Source: Eledone cirrhosa (Eukaryota). Taken from it: a DNA stretch of 64,000 nucleotides. The stretch covers positions 38,750,001-38,814,000 of the forward strand of contig OZ024751.1 of NCBI GenBank assembly GCA_964016885.1. Reading direction: 5' to 3'. Shown here one piece after another: positions 29,313 through 45,644 of the stretch. Both the position numbers and the translations under genes were made by a program. The notes beneath the pieces were generated by a model that did no database searches, was not told the DNA's origin, and worked only from the letters and a program-made list of their open reading frames with translations. Within the stretch, counting starts at the first letter, position 1. Each line of letters begins with the position of its first letter.

Positions 29313-30482
29313 GTTGACGCTCTTGTAATTTATTCTAAAGCATTGGTTTAGCGATTCTACATCTGTTTCGGGAAAATTCGACCCAAGAGAAATGATTCAT
29401 CGTTACACAATTATATTTTAAAATTGGTTTGAAAACTGGAGAGCAATACAGATATTTTGTGTGTCAACATATGCTATACAATCTTCTCTTCCCCTTCTTT
29501 ATTTCCTAATCATGTTCTCGTGTATATTCACGTTTAAGAATTACATGAAATTAGACAAAGCTAGTAAATCTATTCTTTATAAAATGTCATATATTTCATT
29601 CTTGGGTTACGAATAGAAGTTATATTTCCAAATAAAGTGTCTGAATAAATGTTAAATGGTTATATCCAACATAATTGTAAATGAATCGACATTAAGATTT
29701 CTTTATGTAAATTAAATTACTGTTTTAAATATAACTACAAGCAAAATATAAATTAAAAGGAGTTTGTTGATTTTGAAAAAGAAGCATATGGCGAATTTAA
29801 TATGAACAGTTTCAGAGAACGGAGGTTTTGAAATGACAAGAAAAATATGCCCTTCAGTAGTATAATCACTAAATTCAGATTAACTCATTAGTCTAAAATG
29901 AAATAGTAATAATAGGAAATATATTTAAATCTTCCCGAAGTGTTTAACCGATTCAATACAAATGTTACAACAAATTGAATATTTTGTTTTTGGTCTTACG
30001 CTAAAGTTTTCAGAATCAGACAAAGGATAAACAGAATAAAAAGTCAGGGAATCATTATTTCTGTTTAATTTACTATACAGAGATGGGAAAGAAGGGAAGC
30101 GCCCATGATACATTTTCAGGCTACCTAAATAAAGTATGTCGGAGAAAAATAGTTCTACTCTAACGTGACGCCTGACGAAGATACTTCAAAGCAGTGGACC
30201 TCTGTAAAAGTATATGAAGAACCAGATATTGATGTTAAAGTGAACGATGAATTACACCTGCCCTCTAATTAATGCACATAACTCAGAAAGTGAAGAGACG
30301 GTTCATTTAAGTAAGGCATCAAATGCTAACCTAACTGTTCGACCAAGGCTAGATATTAGGAAGGGTTCAGTATCATAGATTTGCTATACCACAACCTTCT
30401 TTTTATATAGCCCAAAATAGGAATGGATAAGATTGGTCAGACACGAACCGAATAGAGGAGATCATACGACGCTAATAAATAA

Positions 30483-30850
30483 ATGTTTCTACATTTTGAA
30501 GAAGGCCAACAATTAACCAGTGCATTACTGGTACTTTATTTTATCGATCCCGTAAGTATGAAAGGCAAAGTTAAGCTCGGCGGGATTTGAACTCAAACCA
30601 TAAAGGGTCGTAACTCTTTGCCGCAAAAGTGGCGTAACTATGCTGTCAAGCATGGCATGCGACCTTCTACTGATACTGCCAATCCGCAATAAATAATTGT
30701 TTCTACTTTTGGCACAAGGCCAGAAATTATCCCAGTGTATTACTGGTACTTTATTTTTATCGACCCCGTAAGGATGAAAGGCAAAGCTAACCTCGGCGGG
30801 ATTTGAACTCAGACTGTAAAGGGACGTAACTATGCTGGAAAGCATGGCGT
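30483..30850 (-). mobile_element. Tandem pair of main SINE (30483-30687; 30691-30850 is 5'-truncated)
   Basis: Family consensus twice, with AATAAATAA at both junctions. Confidence 0.88.
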
Positions 30851-31577
30851 TGACATGTATACTAAGAATAAAGGTCTTACTGTTGACATGTATACTAAGC
30901 AATTATGGTTGAGGAACACGTGATTTTGGGTCTTCCTTTGCTCCGATATTCACTTTATCATGCATCGTCTCCTCTAACATCCGATGAAGTTCAAGTGACC
31001 AGTATCTAGATATTCAACTTCTCTCCAGTTTCAGACATTATTGTATATTATCAATCTCTTATTTTGTTTTGTTTATATTTTCTTATTTGCCATGTTGAGT
31101 ATGCAATACATTATCTCCTGAAATCTATCCCTATATTCTCTCACATTTCCGTATAATGTACCCCGGATCAATATCACAGGCTTATATCCGATTCTCGTTC
31201 TTCAAACAGCGTATTGAATTCTTTAATATTGCTATGGAAGATTCATAAGTTGATTTAGACACTACGTTCTCATTTACGATATACATTTTATATTATTTCA
31301 TTGTTTGGCTATATATAGCTTGATAGATAATAAAAATAAAATTTCAACAGCGCATTACAGCTATAGAAAGTAGTCAAAATATTTTAAATACCGGGCACTT
31401 AATAGCTCAGAAGTGATCGTATATTTAAACGGCAATATTTATACTATATGTCTTCTTGTATAAACATATGGTGTACTTCATTTACATACCCATATATATA
31501 AATGTTTTGTATGTGTGTACATATATATATAGAAATATATATATATATATATATATATATGTTTTGTATGTGTGTAC

Positions 31578-31632
<55 letters not shown>

Positions 31633-31702
31633 TTGTATGTATGTGTGTATATATGTATACCTATATATATATATATAGTAATAATAATAAATGTGAAGAC
31701 TA

Positions 31703-31733
<31 letters not shown>

Positions 31734-31747
31734 CATACAAAACACAT

Positions 31748-31804
<57 letters not shown>

Positions 31805-34675
31805 AGTGAGCATACACGCTGAAAATATCGTATTTCGTTTTGGTTCGTTTCGACTTCTTTTTTTTTTTCTTCATTTACGATATATTTTTTGGGGTATTTC
31901 TTCCCCTTTCGTTCTCATACAAAAACTTAATATTTACTAAATATTCATAAATCATTTTTTCATAAATAAATATCTATTTTCATTTTTCTAAATATTCTAC
32001 GTTCTGTCTCTATTTTTCTCTTTTACCTTCTCGCATCCTCATCCACATTTACCACCATTTTTCTTGCAGATGTCCTAAGCCCTTATTGCTTCAATTAACT
32101 AACGTTTTCTATCTATTTTTCCATGATGTTGCACTAATTGCCCAATTACTGTTCTACAATATATTCCCCCCCCCCCCTCCTCTCTCTCTATCTCTCATTC
32201 TAAGATATATATATATATTTTTTTTAGTATATCGTTCTCTCTCACACTCTTAACATTTTCATATCGGAAAACTTTAATACCATTTTTTTTTCTAATTCCT
32301 TCTTTTGTTTTCATTGATATTTTTTTCCGTTCCAAATACAAAAATAAATGATTTTTTTTTTTCTTATTTTGTTGGGCATTTTATCTTGTATCATTTTTTG
32401 CCTATATATTTGTTCACGGTTTTATATGTATTCGTGTTTCTCAACGTTTGATTAAGTTGTTTCACTTGTTTGTTTATTTGATTTTTATAACATCCACTGA
32501 TATTTAAGGATACACACATTATGATGATAATATAGCTATTCACATTTTATAGTATGAGAAATATAAAGAGTGTAACGGATAACTGGAAATTGAATGGTGT
32601 GCGGAGAAAAGTTTGAAATATGATTTTAATTACAAGCAACCATGTTATAACATCAAGTGTTTAGCTTAGTATTAATTGTTGATTTCTAATACAGGCGTTA
32701 GGTTTTAGATTTAAGGGATGGTTATAGTCAATTACATTTTTCAGTAGTTGGAAGTTAAATTATTATCGTCCGATCCATGAAGCCAGCTACCCGGCAGATT
32801 AAAGTGTTGATGTCTAAGTGTAACATAGACACGTGTACCTTTAAAGTATTTCTCAGACAGAGTAATAATTAAACAATGTGGCCTTTCTTGGCCTTTGAAT
32901 TACAGATCAAAGTTATTTAACCGAGTCCCCAACAGTGTCTCTCTACTTACTGTCTCTCACATGTTTGGGCTCCTTCGATATTATGTTCTAAATAACTAAA
33001 GCAGTCGGATTGAACCTATAACCTCATAAACATGATACAGATTTATTTTCCAAGCAATCATATTTGTGTTTTGAATAATATATATAATGTTTGTAAGAGT
33101 ATAAAACTAACTATAATCTAGTGTTGAAAAGAATTAAAATCTATATAACCTATAGGTTTAATAATCACAAGGCTTCTTAAGTTACTGGTTGTATTTTTAT
33201 ATGATTTACATTGATTTTTGTTTCATTCATTCGGAAAGAAACAATAAAGAAAGAGAAACGTAGGGAGAGAAAACATGTGTTTAAAGTAAACATTAAAAAT
33301 ATAGTAGAAAGTGAGAAAATGACCAAAAAAGTATTACTATATTGTTTGTGAACAAAATAATCCCTGTATTGCAAATTTAGCACACACGTACACATGTGTA
33401 CAGATGTACACAAGCGCACGTGTACACACATAATGAAATGTAATGGTGTCTTCTCGTAAATATTATTGCTAAACAAGCCAATATTTTTTTCTGGAACACT
33501 GAGACGTAATTAAGAGAAATACAGACATATAATACCGTTATAAAGCTGTCAAAATTAGTGCCATGTCACTCGAAATTGAAACCTGATAATGAATTGTCTG
33601 CCTTTATATTTTGTTAAATATTTTTGGGTTTGTTTGTTTTAATTTTGTCTTATTTTATTCTTTTAGCGAAACCCAACTTAGAATTTTAATAACTGTTTTG
33701 ATACTGTTGTTGGTGGTGGAATGAATTGTTGAGTATCACGTTCTTAGAATACTTAAAGACAAACATAGTAGAATTGCAGATGAACGGGAAGAAGACAAAG
33801 ATATTTATTATCAATATTATCTAATAAGGAACATTGTGTCCATTCTTTAAAGCAGTTATATTCATTTATTCATTTTTCTTGCTGTGGTACCACAACGGGG
33901 GTATTGATGAATGGAAGACGTAAAGCTGACAATCACGTCCGTATTTCACAGCAGGAAAACTGTCAGATGTCTGCAGGTGGAGGAAACCTCTCATCAGATA
34001 TGAGTCTAAATCTGTGCAACAATAAGCACGGCCTCCAAACAACTTATAGACAATACATTACATCGGAACTGTGGAGCAAATAAAATTAGCACAGTGATTA
34101 GTCAGACGCATACAAAAGCACACAATGTGAAACTGATGTAACTACACACACACACATTTACAAGTGTCTAAACATTTATACATTTGTACACATACAGTCA
34201 CATTTATAAAGAATTATAAAATCTATTTTATTTACAGAAGGCAGTACATAGTTATAAATCTCGATATGTCTACAGATGAAGACACTTTCTACAGTGCAGT
34301 GAATAAAATAAATAAAATCAGAAATATTGTAGAGAAATGCCTGAATAATTATCTAAGAATACATATCAAACATATTTCCAACCTGGTTGCAGGCACATAT
34401 GACAGACAGCCGAGAAATTTTCCTCCACTAGAAGACACTGTGTTCACTATCCGGCATACTTAAATCTTAGATGATTCATTCTAACTTAAACGGAGATCAT
34501 TCATTTGATTTAAGGTCGATATTCGTGCGTGTGTGTGTGTGTGTGTGTGTATACTACGTAGTGCCTGTTAGCCTTTCTGCTCTGGCTGTAAAGCTACATT
34601 ACCCAATTTTCTATCAATCGAATGTGGCTAGTTATCTTAGGCGTTAGGGACTCCTAGCACATACATATATATATA

Positions 34676-35830
<1,155 letters not shown>

Positions 35831-35877
35831 TATCACAGAAATAAGAGAATTAGTGTTGCAACGAAAGGAATCTATTG

Positions 35878-35973
35878 GACATATTACAAATGTTTCTCGG
35901 GCGAACAGCTCGAGGCACGATCGATATGGTGATCACACCTGACTCTCAAATCAACACGGTCGTCAGATACGTC
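35878..35973 (-). ncRNA. Type I hammerhead ribozyme with extended stem II
   Basis: Minus strand: stem I GACGTAT/ATATGTC (7 bp), CTGACGA, a stem II domain of about 63 nt, GAAA, stem III ACA-TT-TGT and a GUA cut site. Confidence 0.65.
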
Positions 35974-36255
35974 TCGATTCTACGAAGCAGATTTTCCTAT
36001 AGTCCTTTAACATCGAATTTCTTCGTTTATTGATTTAGATCCTGTTGTTGTCATTATTTGAGTGGTCAAGAATTGTACACGTCACCGGTATTTCTAGCCA
36101 CATATGGCAAGAAGTGGGCAAAGAAGAGTGTCTAGAAATACCGGTGAAGTGTACAATTCTTGACCACTCTTAGAATGAAAACAACAGGATCTAAATCAAC
36201 AAACGAAGAAATTCGATGTTAAAGGACTATAGGAAAATCTGCTTCGTAGAATCGA

Positions 36256-36351
36256 GACGTATCTGACGACCGTGTTGATTTGAGAGTCAGGTGTGATCAC
36301 CATATCGATCGTGCCTCGAGCTGGTCGCCCGAGAAAAATTTGTAATATGTC
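36256..36351 (+). ncRNA. Mirror copy of the family D hammerhead (one stem III mismatch)
   Basis: CTGACGA 36263-36269, GAAA 36333-36336, predicted cut after A36344. C>A change at 36337. Confidence 0.55.
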
Positions 36352-36477
36352 CAATAAATTTCTTTCGTCGCCATACTAATTCTCTTTTTTCTGTCATATC
36401 ATACTCTGCTCTACGAGGGGATTGAGTGTTCATACGGCCTACAGCATACGGACGCTTTAAGCTTAGCACCCAACGCC

Positions 36478-36571
<94 letters not shown>

Positions 36572-37129
36572 ATATATACATGTGTGTGTGTCTATTACAC
36601 CCATACACATACATACAGCTACACATTTAAGAGGTACAGGATTTTCGATGGAATTAGTACTCATCATATCGGCGTATATTTGACAATAAAGTAAAAGCTT
36701 AACAAACGAACAACATAAACAAAGTGAGGTTTTAATTTTAAAATGTAGACATTTTATATGTCTATTTATTATGCTTCTAATGATATTAGCTATCGATTTG
36801 AATTTATAAAAAAAAAACAGTTATAACACTTCAATTCATTGCATTTATTTTCAATTTATTCAAGAATTGGCTGTAGTAGAAATGGCAAATTGGGAAAGGA
36901 AAAACGTGACATAGAGAATAAATTGCGGCAGCATAACTCGGAGTTCTGTGTATATTATTGTTGCTGGGTTTTTTACCTATTTATTTAAGCAATGTTTGTT
37001 TTTATATTTCCACAAAAGGTTATAACACAGTAAACTTAGTTTTGAATTACTTTAGGTTTAGATTCTATTTTAAAAGCATTTATTTCATTTTAAATATAGT
37101 TTATATTCAATACAAACCACACGCATATA

Positions 37130-37169
<40 letters not shown>

Positions 37170-37170
37170 A

Positions 37171-37217
<47 letters not shown>

Positions 37218-38294
37218 GTGTTTGCAGTAATTTAATTGATTTCTTTGTTTTATTGATAAATCTTTCTCAATATGTTATATTTTCTTACCTAGTCTGTGTA
37301 TAAATAAACTTATTCAAAATAAATAAGTGCATTTATTTCAAAATACATTCATAGGAAGATATAGACCTTACGTCTGAATCTATAAAAGTGCACCGAATTT
37401 TTAGGAATTATAGTCACTGCATATGAAAGAATTTTTATGTTGAAAGCATAAAAATAGAAACATTCTTAGCTTTCATTTTCGTATATGTAATTTTATTATT
37501 TCAATTCCTTTAATATTTTCTAACGTGCATTAACAACAATTGCTTGCAGTATACATTTTTACTCATAACACATATGGTATATATTTATAATCGAATATTT
37601 ATGTCGGAAATCCTCTAAGTTTTATTTTATTTTTTTCATATCAGCACGGTGTTTGTATGAAAAGAGGAATTCATAACTCATACATAATTCAATGATATTT
37701 TAACATTAGCTCCAAATGTATATTGTACGAGGAATTATAAATATATAATATATATATATAAACTATTTTACGTGTATATATATATACTTCCAACATGTAA
37801 CACATTTTCTTTTCATAGACAACATCGTCGCAAAATAACATGGTAATACACATCATGAATATTAAATTGATACTGAATTATCTACGTAATCACAATTCTC
37901 TATCCACTCAAAAGAGATCGTAAGTATATATTAAAAAAAAAATACTTTTACTCTGAGTGTGAATACTACGAAATAAAATTCCAGTCATACAAGTTTTTGA
38001 GTGAACTACTGTATCAAAAGTAATTTTTATTGAATAGAAAATACTTTAGGACTGTATGAAGTATCATTCGATTCAATCCAACTCTAGATATTACCGGTAT
38101 AATTTTGTAGACAGTAAATAAAAGATTAAAAAAATGAAATAGAAAGAAACAGATCGTCAGATTGGGTGAAGTAAAATATGTTTTAATTGCTAACACGATC
38201 GCAACTTCTGTTATGATCCTAACCACATGATTGGGTGTAAAGTCAGGAGACATAGAGACGTTACATAGTATTCCACTAATCCACTTCACCTGGA

Positions 38295-38365
38295 AAAATA
38301 CTTTGATTATCAATGTCAAACGCATGAAAAACAATGTAGACCTTGGTGGGATTCAAACTCAAAAC
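38295..38365 (-). mobile_element. Old degenerate main-family SINE fragment
   Basis: GACCTTGGTGGGATTCAAACTC with an upstream ATGAAA matches the B-box and central domain. Confidence 0.5.
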
Positions 38366-39007
38366 CACATTAAAATAGAAAAAATAATATTGAGGCAATC
38401 CATCGGACGTCTAGCGACCACCATTCATAGACAATATTTACAGCACTTTTTTGCCGGTAAGTTTATACCATTATTCTGGGGGTCGGGTGTAATAATAATA
38501 TATATATTTTAAAGGTAGTTAGATGAAATGTTTGGTTGCAATGTTGAAGGTGAACACTATATTTCGTCTATTATATTTGAAATGTTTTTTGAGCGAATGT
38601 AGCCTTCAAACCTGCCTATATATACCCGTTTACTCTGCTTTTCTCAACACTTATATAGGTTACAGATGTAATAAAAGTAAGTTTTCTGCCGATATTAGCT
38701 TTTTCAAATAACCAGTCCTCAGATGCTTCTATTGCCGAGACTACAATTGTATATCTTAGAATATATAGTACTTCTGTTAAGGCGATTTAAATAATTACAC
38801 TAAAACACAACAAAAATACAGAGTAATTATATTTACTTATGAATACAGGAATTTGTCCTAGTATCATTTTGAAATAATCTGGTTAGTTGAAAAGCTGTAT
38901 GCTATTTTATATATGATATTTTTCATGAAGCTATTTTCAAACAATTAAATACTCATAGATTAGGCAGCGAAATTTGCGACGTTTTTAGAACGTCTCTATA
39001 GCAGATT

Positions 39008-39052
39008 TGCTGTGTTGGTTCCTGCTGTGTTGGTTCCTGCAGTGTTGTTTCC
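39008..39052. repeat. 15-bp tandem repeat x3 (TGCTGTGTTGGTTCC)
   Basis: Two perfect units and one with 2 mismatches. Confidence 0.9.
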
Positions 39053-39059
39053 TGGTCTA

Positions 39060-39125
39060 AATTCAAATCCCACTGTGATCAACTTTGCCTTTCATCATCT
39101 CGAGGTCAATAAAAAATAACCAGTC
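39060..39125 (+). mobile_element. Old main-family SINE fragment
   Basis: TTCAAATCCC...AACTTTGCCTTTCATC...GGTCAATAAAA. Confidence 0.7.
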
Positions 39126-39908
39126 TATTACCCGGGTAGACTATTCATCTATATTTCTTATTAAATTGATTTATCTCCCTCTCTCGCTATGGCCTGAAAA
39201 ACTTCAAATATGTTAAGTTCAATAGGAGGATAGGCTACACTATTATTACAGAGGCCACACACATACCTACGACACCATCAGATGTTCCAGGTCTGTACAA
39301 AAAAAGTATGTATAGATTATAGTTATATAGCTTAATACATATATTCCTATACTTCTTTCACCAAACATCAATCGTCCTAGTTACATGTTATATACAAAAC
39401 AAATATACAATATACGTTTTGCATATGTCTATAGATGAGATTCTGATATGAAGTTTCGAATTTATCAATTCTGAGACATATTGTAAAACTTCTTCGTCTC
39501 AAACATCATTTATTCGGACAAAACAATCAATATATTCAAAAATGAAATGAAGCCAGTAATACTGGCGGCTTCAAATCCATTTGAGATCTAACATTAAAGT
39601 TTTGACAGATACATGTCGTTTCTGCCTATCGCAAAACACTTAAAATTATATGTCGCCTCAGTTGCAAAAATGGGACAAAAATTAAATATATTCTAGGTGT
39701 GATTATACGTTTGTATACAGACATATATACTGGTGTGTTTATATCTGTTTATATATATATATATATATAACTACACACACACACTCAGGTATGAGGTGTG
39801 GTTATAACAAACTATTTTAGTAAATTCTAAGTATAAACTTTAAATCTGATAAACAATTTGTTCTTTGAGTTATAAACCTTTGGAGATTGTTCACACAAAA
39901 ACACACAC

Positions 39909-40746
<838 letters not shown>

Positions 40747-40869
40747 AGGTGAGTTTTATTGTAGTACAATAAAGCAATGTAGATATCGGATAAGAAGCAC
40801 TCTACAATTTGTAGGACTGGAGTATACATAATATATAAGAACAAAAGATGGTTAAAAGAGTTCCATGTA

Positions 40870-40936
40870 TTTTACTATGCGCATTTCAAAAACAAATATC
40901 ATCATGCAATAATATTTGTGTTTTCATCAGATAAAA
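40870..40936 (-). ncRNA. Type I hammerhead ribozyme
   Basis: Minus strand reads TTTTAT-CTGATGA-long stem II-GAAA-TGCGCA-TA-GTAAAA. Confidence 0.8.
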
Positions 40937-41063
40937 CAGGAAGACATGATATGAAGGTTAAAAAACACTTGTGGATAGTGCAGTTTTATGTTGATTTAAA
41001 ATATGTTGATTTAAAACTGCACTATCTACAAGTGTTTTTTAACCTTCATATCATGTCTTCCTG

Positions 41064-41128
41064 TTTTATCTGATGAAAACAAATATTATTGCATGATGAT
41101 ATTTGTTTTTGAAATGCGCATAATAAAA
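41064..41128 (+). ncRNA. Type I hammerhead ribozyme
   Basis: Stem I TTTTAT/ATAAAA, CTGATGA 41070-41076, stem II AAACAAATATTAT/ATGATATTTGTTT, GAAA 41111-41114, palindromic stem III ATGCGCAT. Predicted AUA cut after 41122. Confidence 0.85.
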
Positions 41129-42423
41129 TACATGGAACTCTTTTAACCATCTTTTGTTCTTATATATTATATATATATATACATATATATATATCCTACC
41201 TAGATATCCTACATAGCAACATAGTTTGCAAGTGGCTGGGTGATGAATCTCCGTAGTGAAATATTCAAGGAGTTTCAACGTGTCGCATGTATTACGGGAG
41301 TGACCCCATGTGTTATAGGTACAACTGATTTTAGCAATATGTAATGCCACTTGAGAGATGTGGCCCGCATATCTAAATCTGGTGTTTGTATCGTACATAT
41401 TACCACAGTAATATATCTGGTCTGTATCGCAAAAAAGGGAGGCAAGCTTGGTATACTCTACAAGGGCATACTTTTGTAGAGGGGACATTTTACGAATTAT
41501 TGAGAGAATGTTCACATTCGTCGGTCCAATTTCAGATATATGCATCCAATAAGTATATCGAAAAAAGCTTTTGTGAATATAGATATCTATTATGTTATAC
41601 GTAAATACACACGCTTATTCCCATTATAATTTTCTCAAGGCCACGCATTTTCACACATTACCTGTCATGATGTACTCATGTCAGATACATACGTATACCG
41701 ACTTACATAAAACGTCATTTGACAGAAATATGTTTTCCAAACTTATTTCCTGACTTGAACACATTCTATTACGAAGTTCAACGCCTCTTTAAAATCTTAC
41801 AATAAACCTTTGATATCGTCTCGAGAATTATCAAGTTTAAAAGAAATTTATGAGTCTTTACGTAATATTTGAGATTCGAATAATTAAACATCGAGTTCAT
41901 AGATTTTATATATGTGGCAGCATGCATTCAGGTAAACAGATAGCCATAACCAACCCCGCTTATGATTTATATCTGCAAATATTTCAATTCCTAGAAAAGG
42001 AACATTATATTTGCGCCAAAACATTTCGATTACATAATTTATTTAAACAAACAAATGGAATTATATCATTGCCTATGGTTATAAAGTTCAAAACCACCAG
42101 TAATATATTTTAAACGATTTATTGACTTTGCCATAAAATAAATATACAGTTACCAGAACAATTAAATGCTATTTCTCACAAGGAAATAAAATGATGTTAT
42201 TTTGGGAGTAGGCGTTGGTCGATTTATATGGTCGCATTAAACTCCAATTAGATATCAAAACTTTTGCTATCATTTATAGCAAAATAAACCTAGCAAATAA
42301 CCAAATTGGCGTCGCTAAATTTGGCATTTATGTTCTACTCAATGTTGAAGGGGAAAACGGTAATTCTGGCATTATAGTTTATGAATCAAGACAAATTATT
42401 AACCACTTATGCATATATATATG

Positions 42424-42477
<54 letters not shown>

Positions 42478-43977
42478 TTATATATAAATATATAAATATA
42501 TATATATTTATATATATTTATATATATATATATACATACATACATACATACATACATGTATATACATAGTGAGAAAGAAACATTCAATACAGATAAGTAT
42601 ACATGCTTATTATGCACACACTAACACATATATACACGTATATGTGCGAAAGATTGAAAATATATTTAAACCTTGTATGTAACATATCTTGAAATATAAA
42701 AACATATACACGTTTATATCTGAATCTGCTTGTACACAATATGGTACATTCAAAATTATAGACTAGTAAATTGTGTAAATATCTTGTAAAATAATATTGT
42801 AGCAAGTTGGCCAATGCCTATATTATGTAATTGAGGAATTTATCTCTCAAAATTAATGAGTGTATGTATGTATGGTTATTTATATATATATATATATTTG
42901 TGTGTGTGTGTGTGTGTTCAGTTTTATCTAAGTAGATACTTATATATTTATATTATATATACATACATTTAGAAAATAAATTCATACATTTTCTGTATAC
43001 ATATATTCCAGATAATTACAGCTAGTGATAACGTAGGAGTAGACTCATAAAACGGTGTTTAATATGCGCATATTCGATCTATATAATTAATTATGAAAAA
43101 GGAAAACAATATATCATGATATTACACACACGCACACACACATAAATATATATTCACATATATATATACTCACTCATACATATATATATATAGTCTCTGT
43201 GTCTGAACATGAGTGGCTGGAAAATAAACTTTTATAAGGAAAGAGTTTTTCTTCGATGAGAATCAAACAAGAAACTGAAATGTTATTAATGTTCCAGATC
43301 TTAGATTTCTTTTGATAGTTTTAGGCAATCCGGAGGGAATGGCCCTCGTCTATAAACCAAGCTCCTTGTAGTCACTGAATATGCTTCGGTTTATAAGAAC
43401 AGTGTGATACTGCATATTCACCAAAGTTGACTGTTGAAAATATTCATGAAAAGAGAAAGAAAATATGTGACAGCAAAGCTTAGATTCGAGCATGCCTGCA
43501 TATTCTGAACACATAGAAATAAAAACACACATGTCAGTGCATATGTTTCTTTATACGCCCCCTTTTTTTTTAAATCGTTTGGATTATACGAGGATATCTG
43601 AGTAAAAAAGTATGCTTTAGCGCCACGAATTAAATAAATGTTTAAATAATTGTGCAACAATTCTTAAATCAGTATGCATCTCTTAAAGATAATTTACGCG
43701 AACTTTATTAATATTTAATTTGTGAAGCGGACGGAAACATTTCATATTTTCTGTAGACTTAATATTGTGAACAGTACATATTTTTGTATAAGTTAGCAAT
43801 ATATATATATGAGCAAAGGCTTATATCATGTTAAGGAATTCGATAAAATATTTAACCCAGCACTCACATATCATATATACATGACGGCAACATTAATGGA
43901 CCTGTTTTTTTCTCTAAGAACCTTTTTTTACGATTCCGCCCTGCCCGTCCCATCAATCTTTCTAATTTCTCATTATT

Positions 43978-44097
43978 TCTTCTGATGAAGGACTGGCGTA
44001 CGAAACGTTAAGACCCTCTTCCTTCTATTTCAAGCATTAACATAACATGTTCCTTCCATATACTGTACCGATTCTGTTGTTATTTCTGTTTACCCTT

Positions 44098-44100
<3 letters not shown>
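43978..44100 (+). mobile_element. Family B longer copy with minimal hammerhead motif (43978-44013)
   Basis: TCTT-CTGATGA-AGGACTGGCGTAC-GAAA-CG-TT-AAGA gives a 4-bp stem I and palindromic AACGTT, followed by the family B tail into (TA)n. Confidence 0.7.
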
Positions 44101-44171
<71 letters not shown>

Positions 44172-44524
44172 CACACATAAATATATATACATGCATACAT
44201 ATATATATATATATATATAAACAAAAACATACACACACACACACATCATATATATTCGAGTAACAGAAAATGATTATTTGTATACCTATAGATATAGACA
44301 TAATATAAATAGAAAGGATAAATCATATTTTTACCATAGCAAATGAATTAGGTAGATATTTATCAGATATGATATTTTATAATTTCTGTCCCAAGATATG
44401 GAATGTCTGATCCATAATAACCTTTGGTGAATGTCTGGATGATATAATGTTTGGTGAATGTCAATATAATATAATTTTCTCTCCATCTATAAGGATGAGT
44501 GTTGTAGTCAATTATGTCGTGTTT

Positions 44525-45087
44525 GGTGGATTGTCAGTTTCGATCGAGCGTTGGACACTATGCTTCGCTGCATAGAGTTGTAACCCTTTATATTCTGATT
44601 TCGAATCCCATCGAGGTCAGCTTTGCATTTCATCCTTACTGGCTCAATAAAATAAAGCAACATTAATGCACTGGGGGTCGATTTAATCAGTGTTTCCCTC
44701 ATCCCAAATGATTGGCCTTGTTCCTAAATCAGAAACGATTATGTAGAAAATAGATGGTGTTTGATTGGCAGCATTATTAGAGCGCTGGACAAAATATTTG
44801 TCCCTCTTTAGTTAACAACTTTTGTGCTCTTAGTTTAGTTCCCAGCGTGAGCCACATTGCCTTTCATTATTGTGGGTTCGATAAAATGAAGACCTAGTTA
44901 ACTACTGGGGTTGATCAACCCTACTCTACCCCTCTGCTCAAATTAATGTCCTTGTGCCCATGTAAGAAACAATTGTTGCATAGGAAAGTCGAAGTAGACC
45001 TCGGTTGGAATTGAATTCAGAGAGAAGAGAACCAAAATGAATATCGCGATGCCTTATATCCGACGTCCTAAAACTTTCAATTCACCA
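44525..45087. mobile_element. Cluster of three older SINE copies (44525-44741 +, 44764-44975 +, 44984-45087 -)
   Basis: Diverged family consensus; the plus copies carry an extra GGGGTCGATTTAATC...CCC segment. Confidence 0.75.
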
Positions 45088-45595
45088 CGATATAATTATT
45101 CATTCGTATAATTTTAATCAAATCCTAATTTGCAAAAAAAAAGAAAAAAAAATTAAAGAAAGGCTTAAATTATCGGCTAACTATTTTGAGAAATGTAAAA
45201 ATATATTATAAATTGAATAGAACAGAAATTATTTGAGCCATATTTCCAAAATATGGTCGATACACAAAAGCAATTGTGATAAGTTAAAATATGCTAATAT
45301 CAGACAGAATTTAAGTAGTGAAAAGCTGTAACCGAATTCTTGGAGCTGGATGTAAAAAATAATTTACGATAGACACATTGAGCCATGATTAAGAATAGAA
45401 ATAGAAGAAGGCATAATTTAACTGAGCTACATTTTGAAAAATTACCAGGAGGCACAACATCACTGAGGCATTCGTTTCAGGGGAATATTATATTCTTCCT
45501 GCCTGGTGTAGTTTGTTAAAAGCATCACAAATATAAAGTGACTGTCATTTGCCTCAGGTTTTAAAAAGATATTTCACTACGCTAATTTCGTTTCG

Positions 45596-45644
<49 letters not shown>

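Larger units (their letters stand above)
35831..36480 (+). mobile_element. Large fold-back element family D, PLE-like 3' end with 5' inversion
   Basis: About 267-bp inverted arms (35831-36097 and 36132-36398), a spacer of about 34 nt, a unique tail to 36480, and (TA)n on both sides. Confidence 0.85.

Noticed and set aside
41066-41545. 159-aa minus-strand ORF
   Set aside because: It runs through a TA tract and a palindromic element, with no recognisable domain.
44412-44462. 13-bp direct repeat TTTGGTGAATGTC
   Set aside because: A small local duplication with no further structure.
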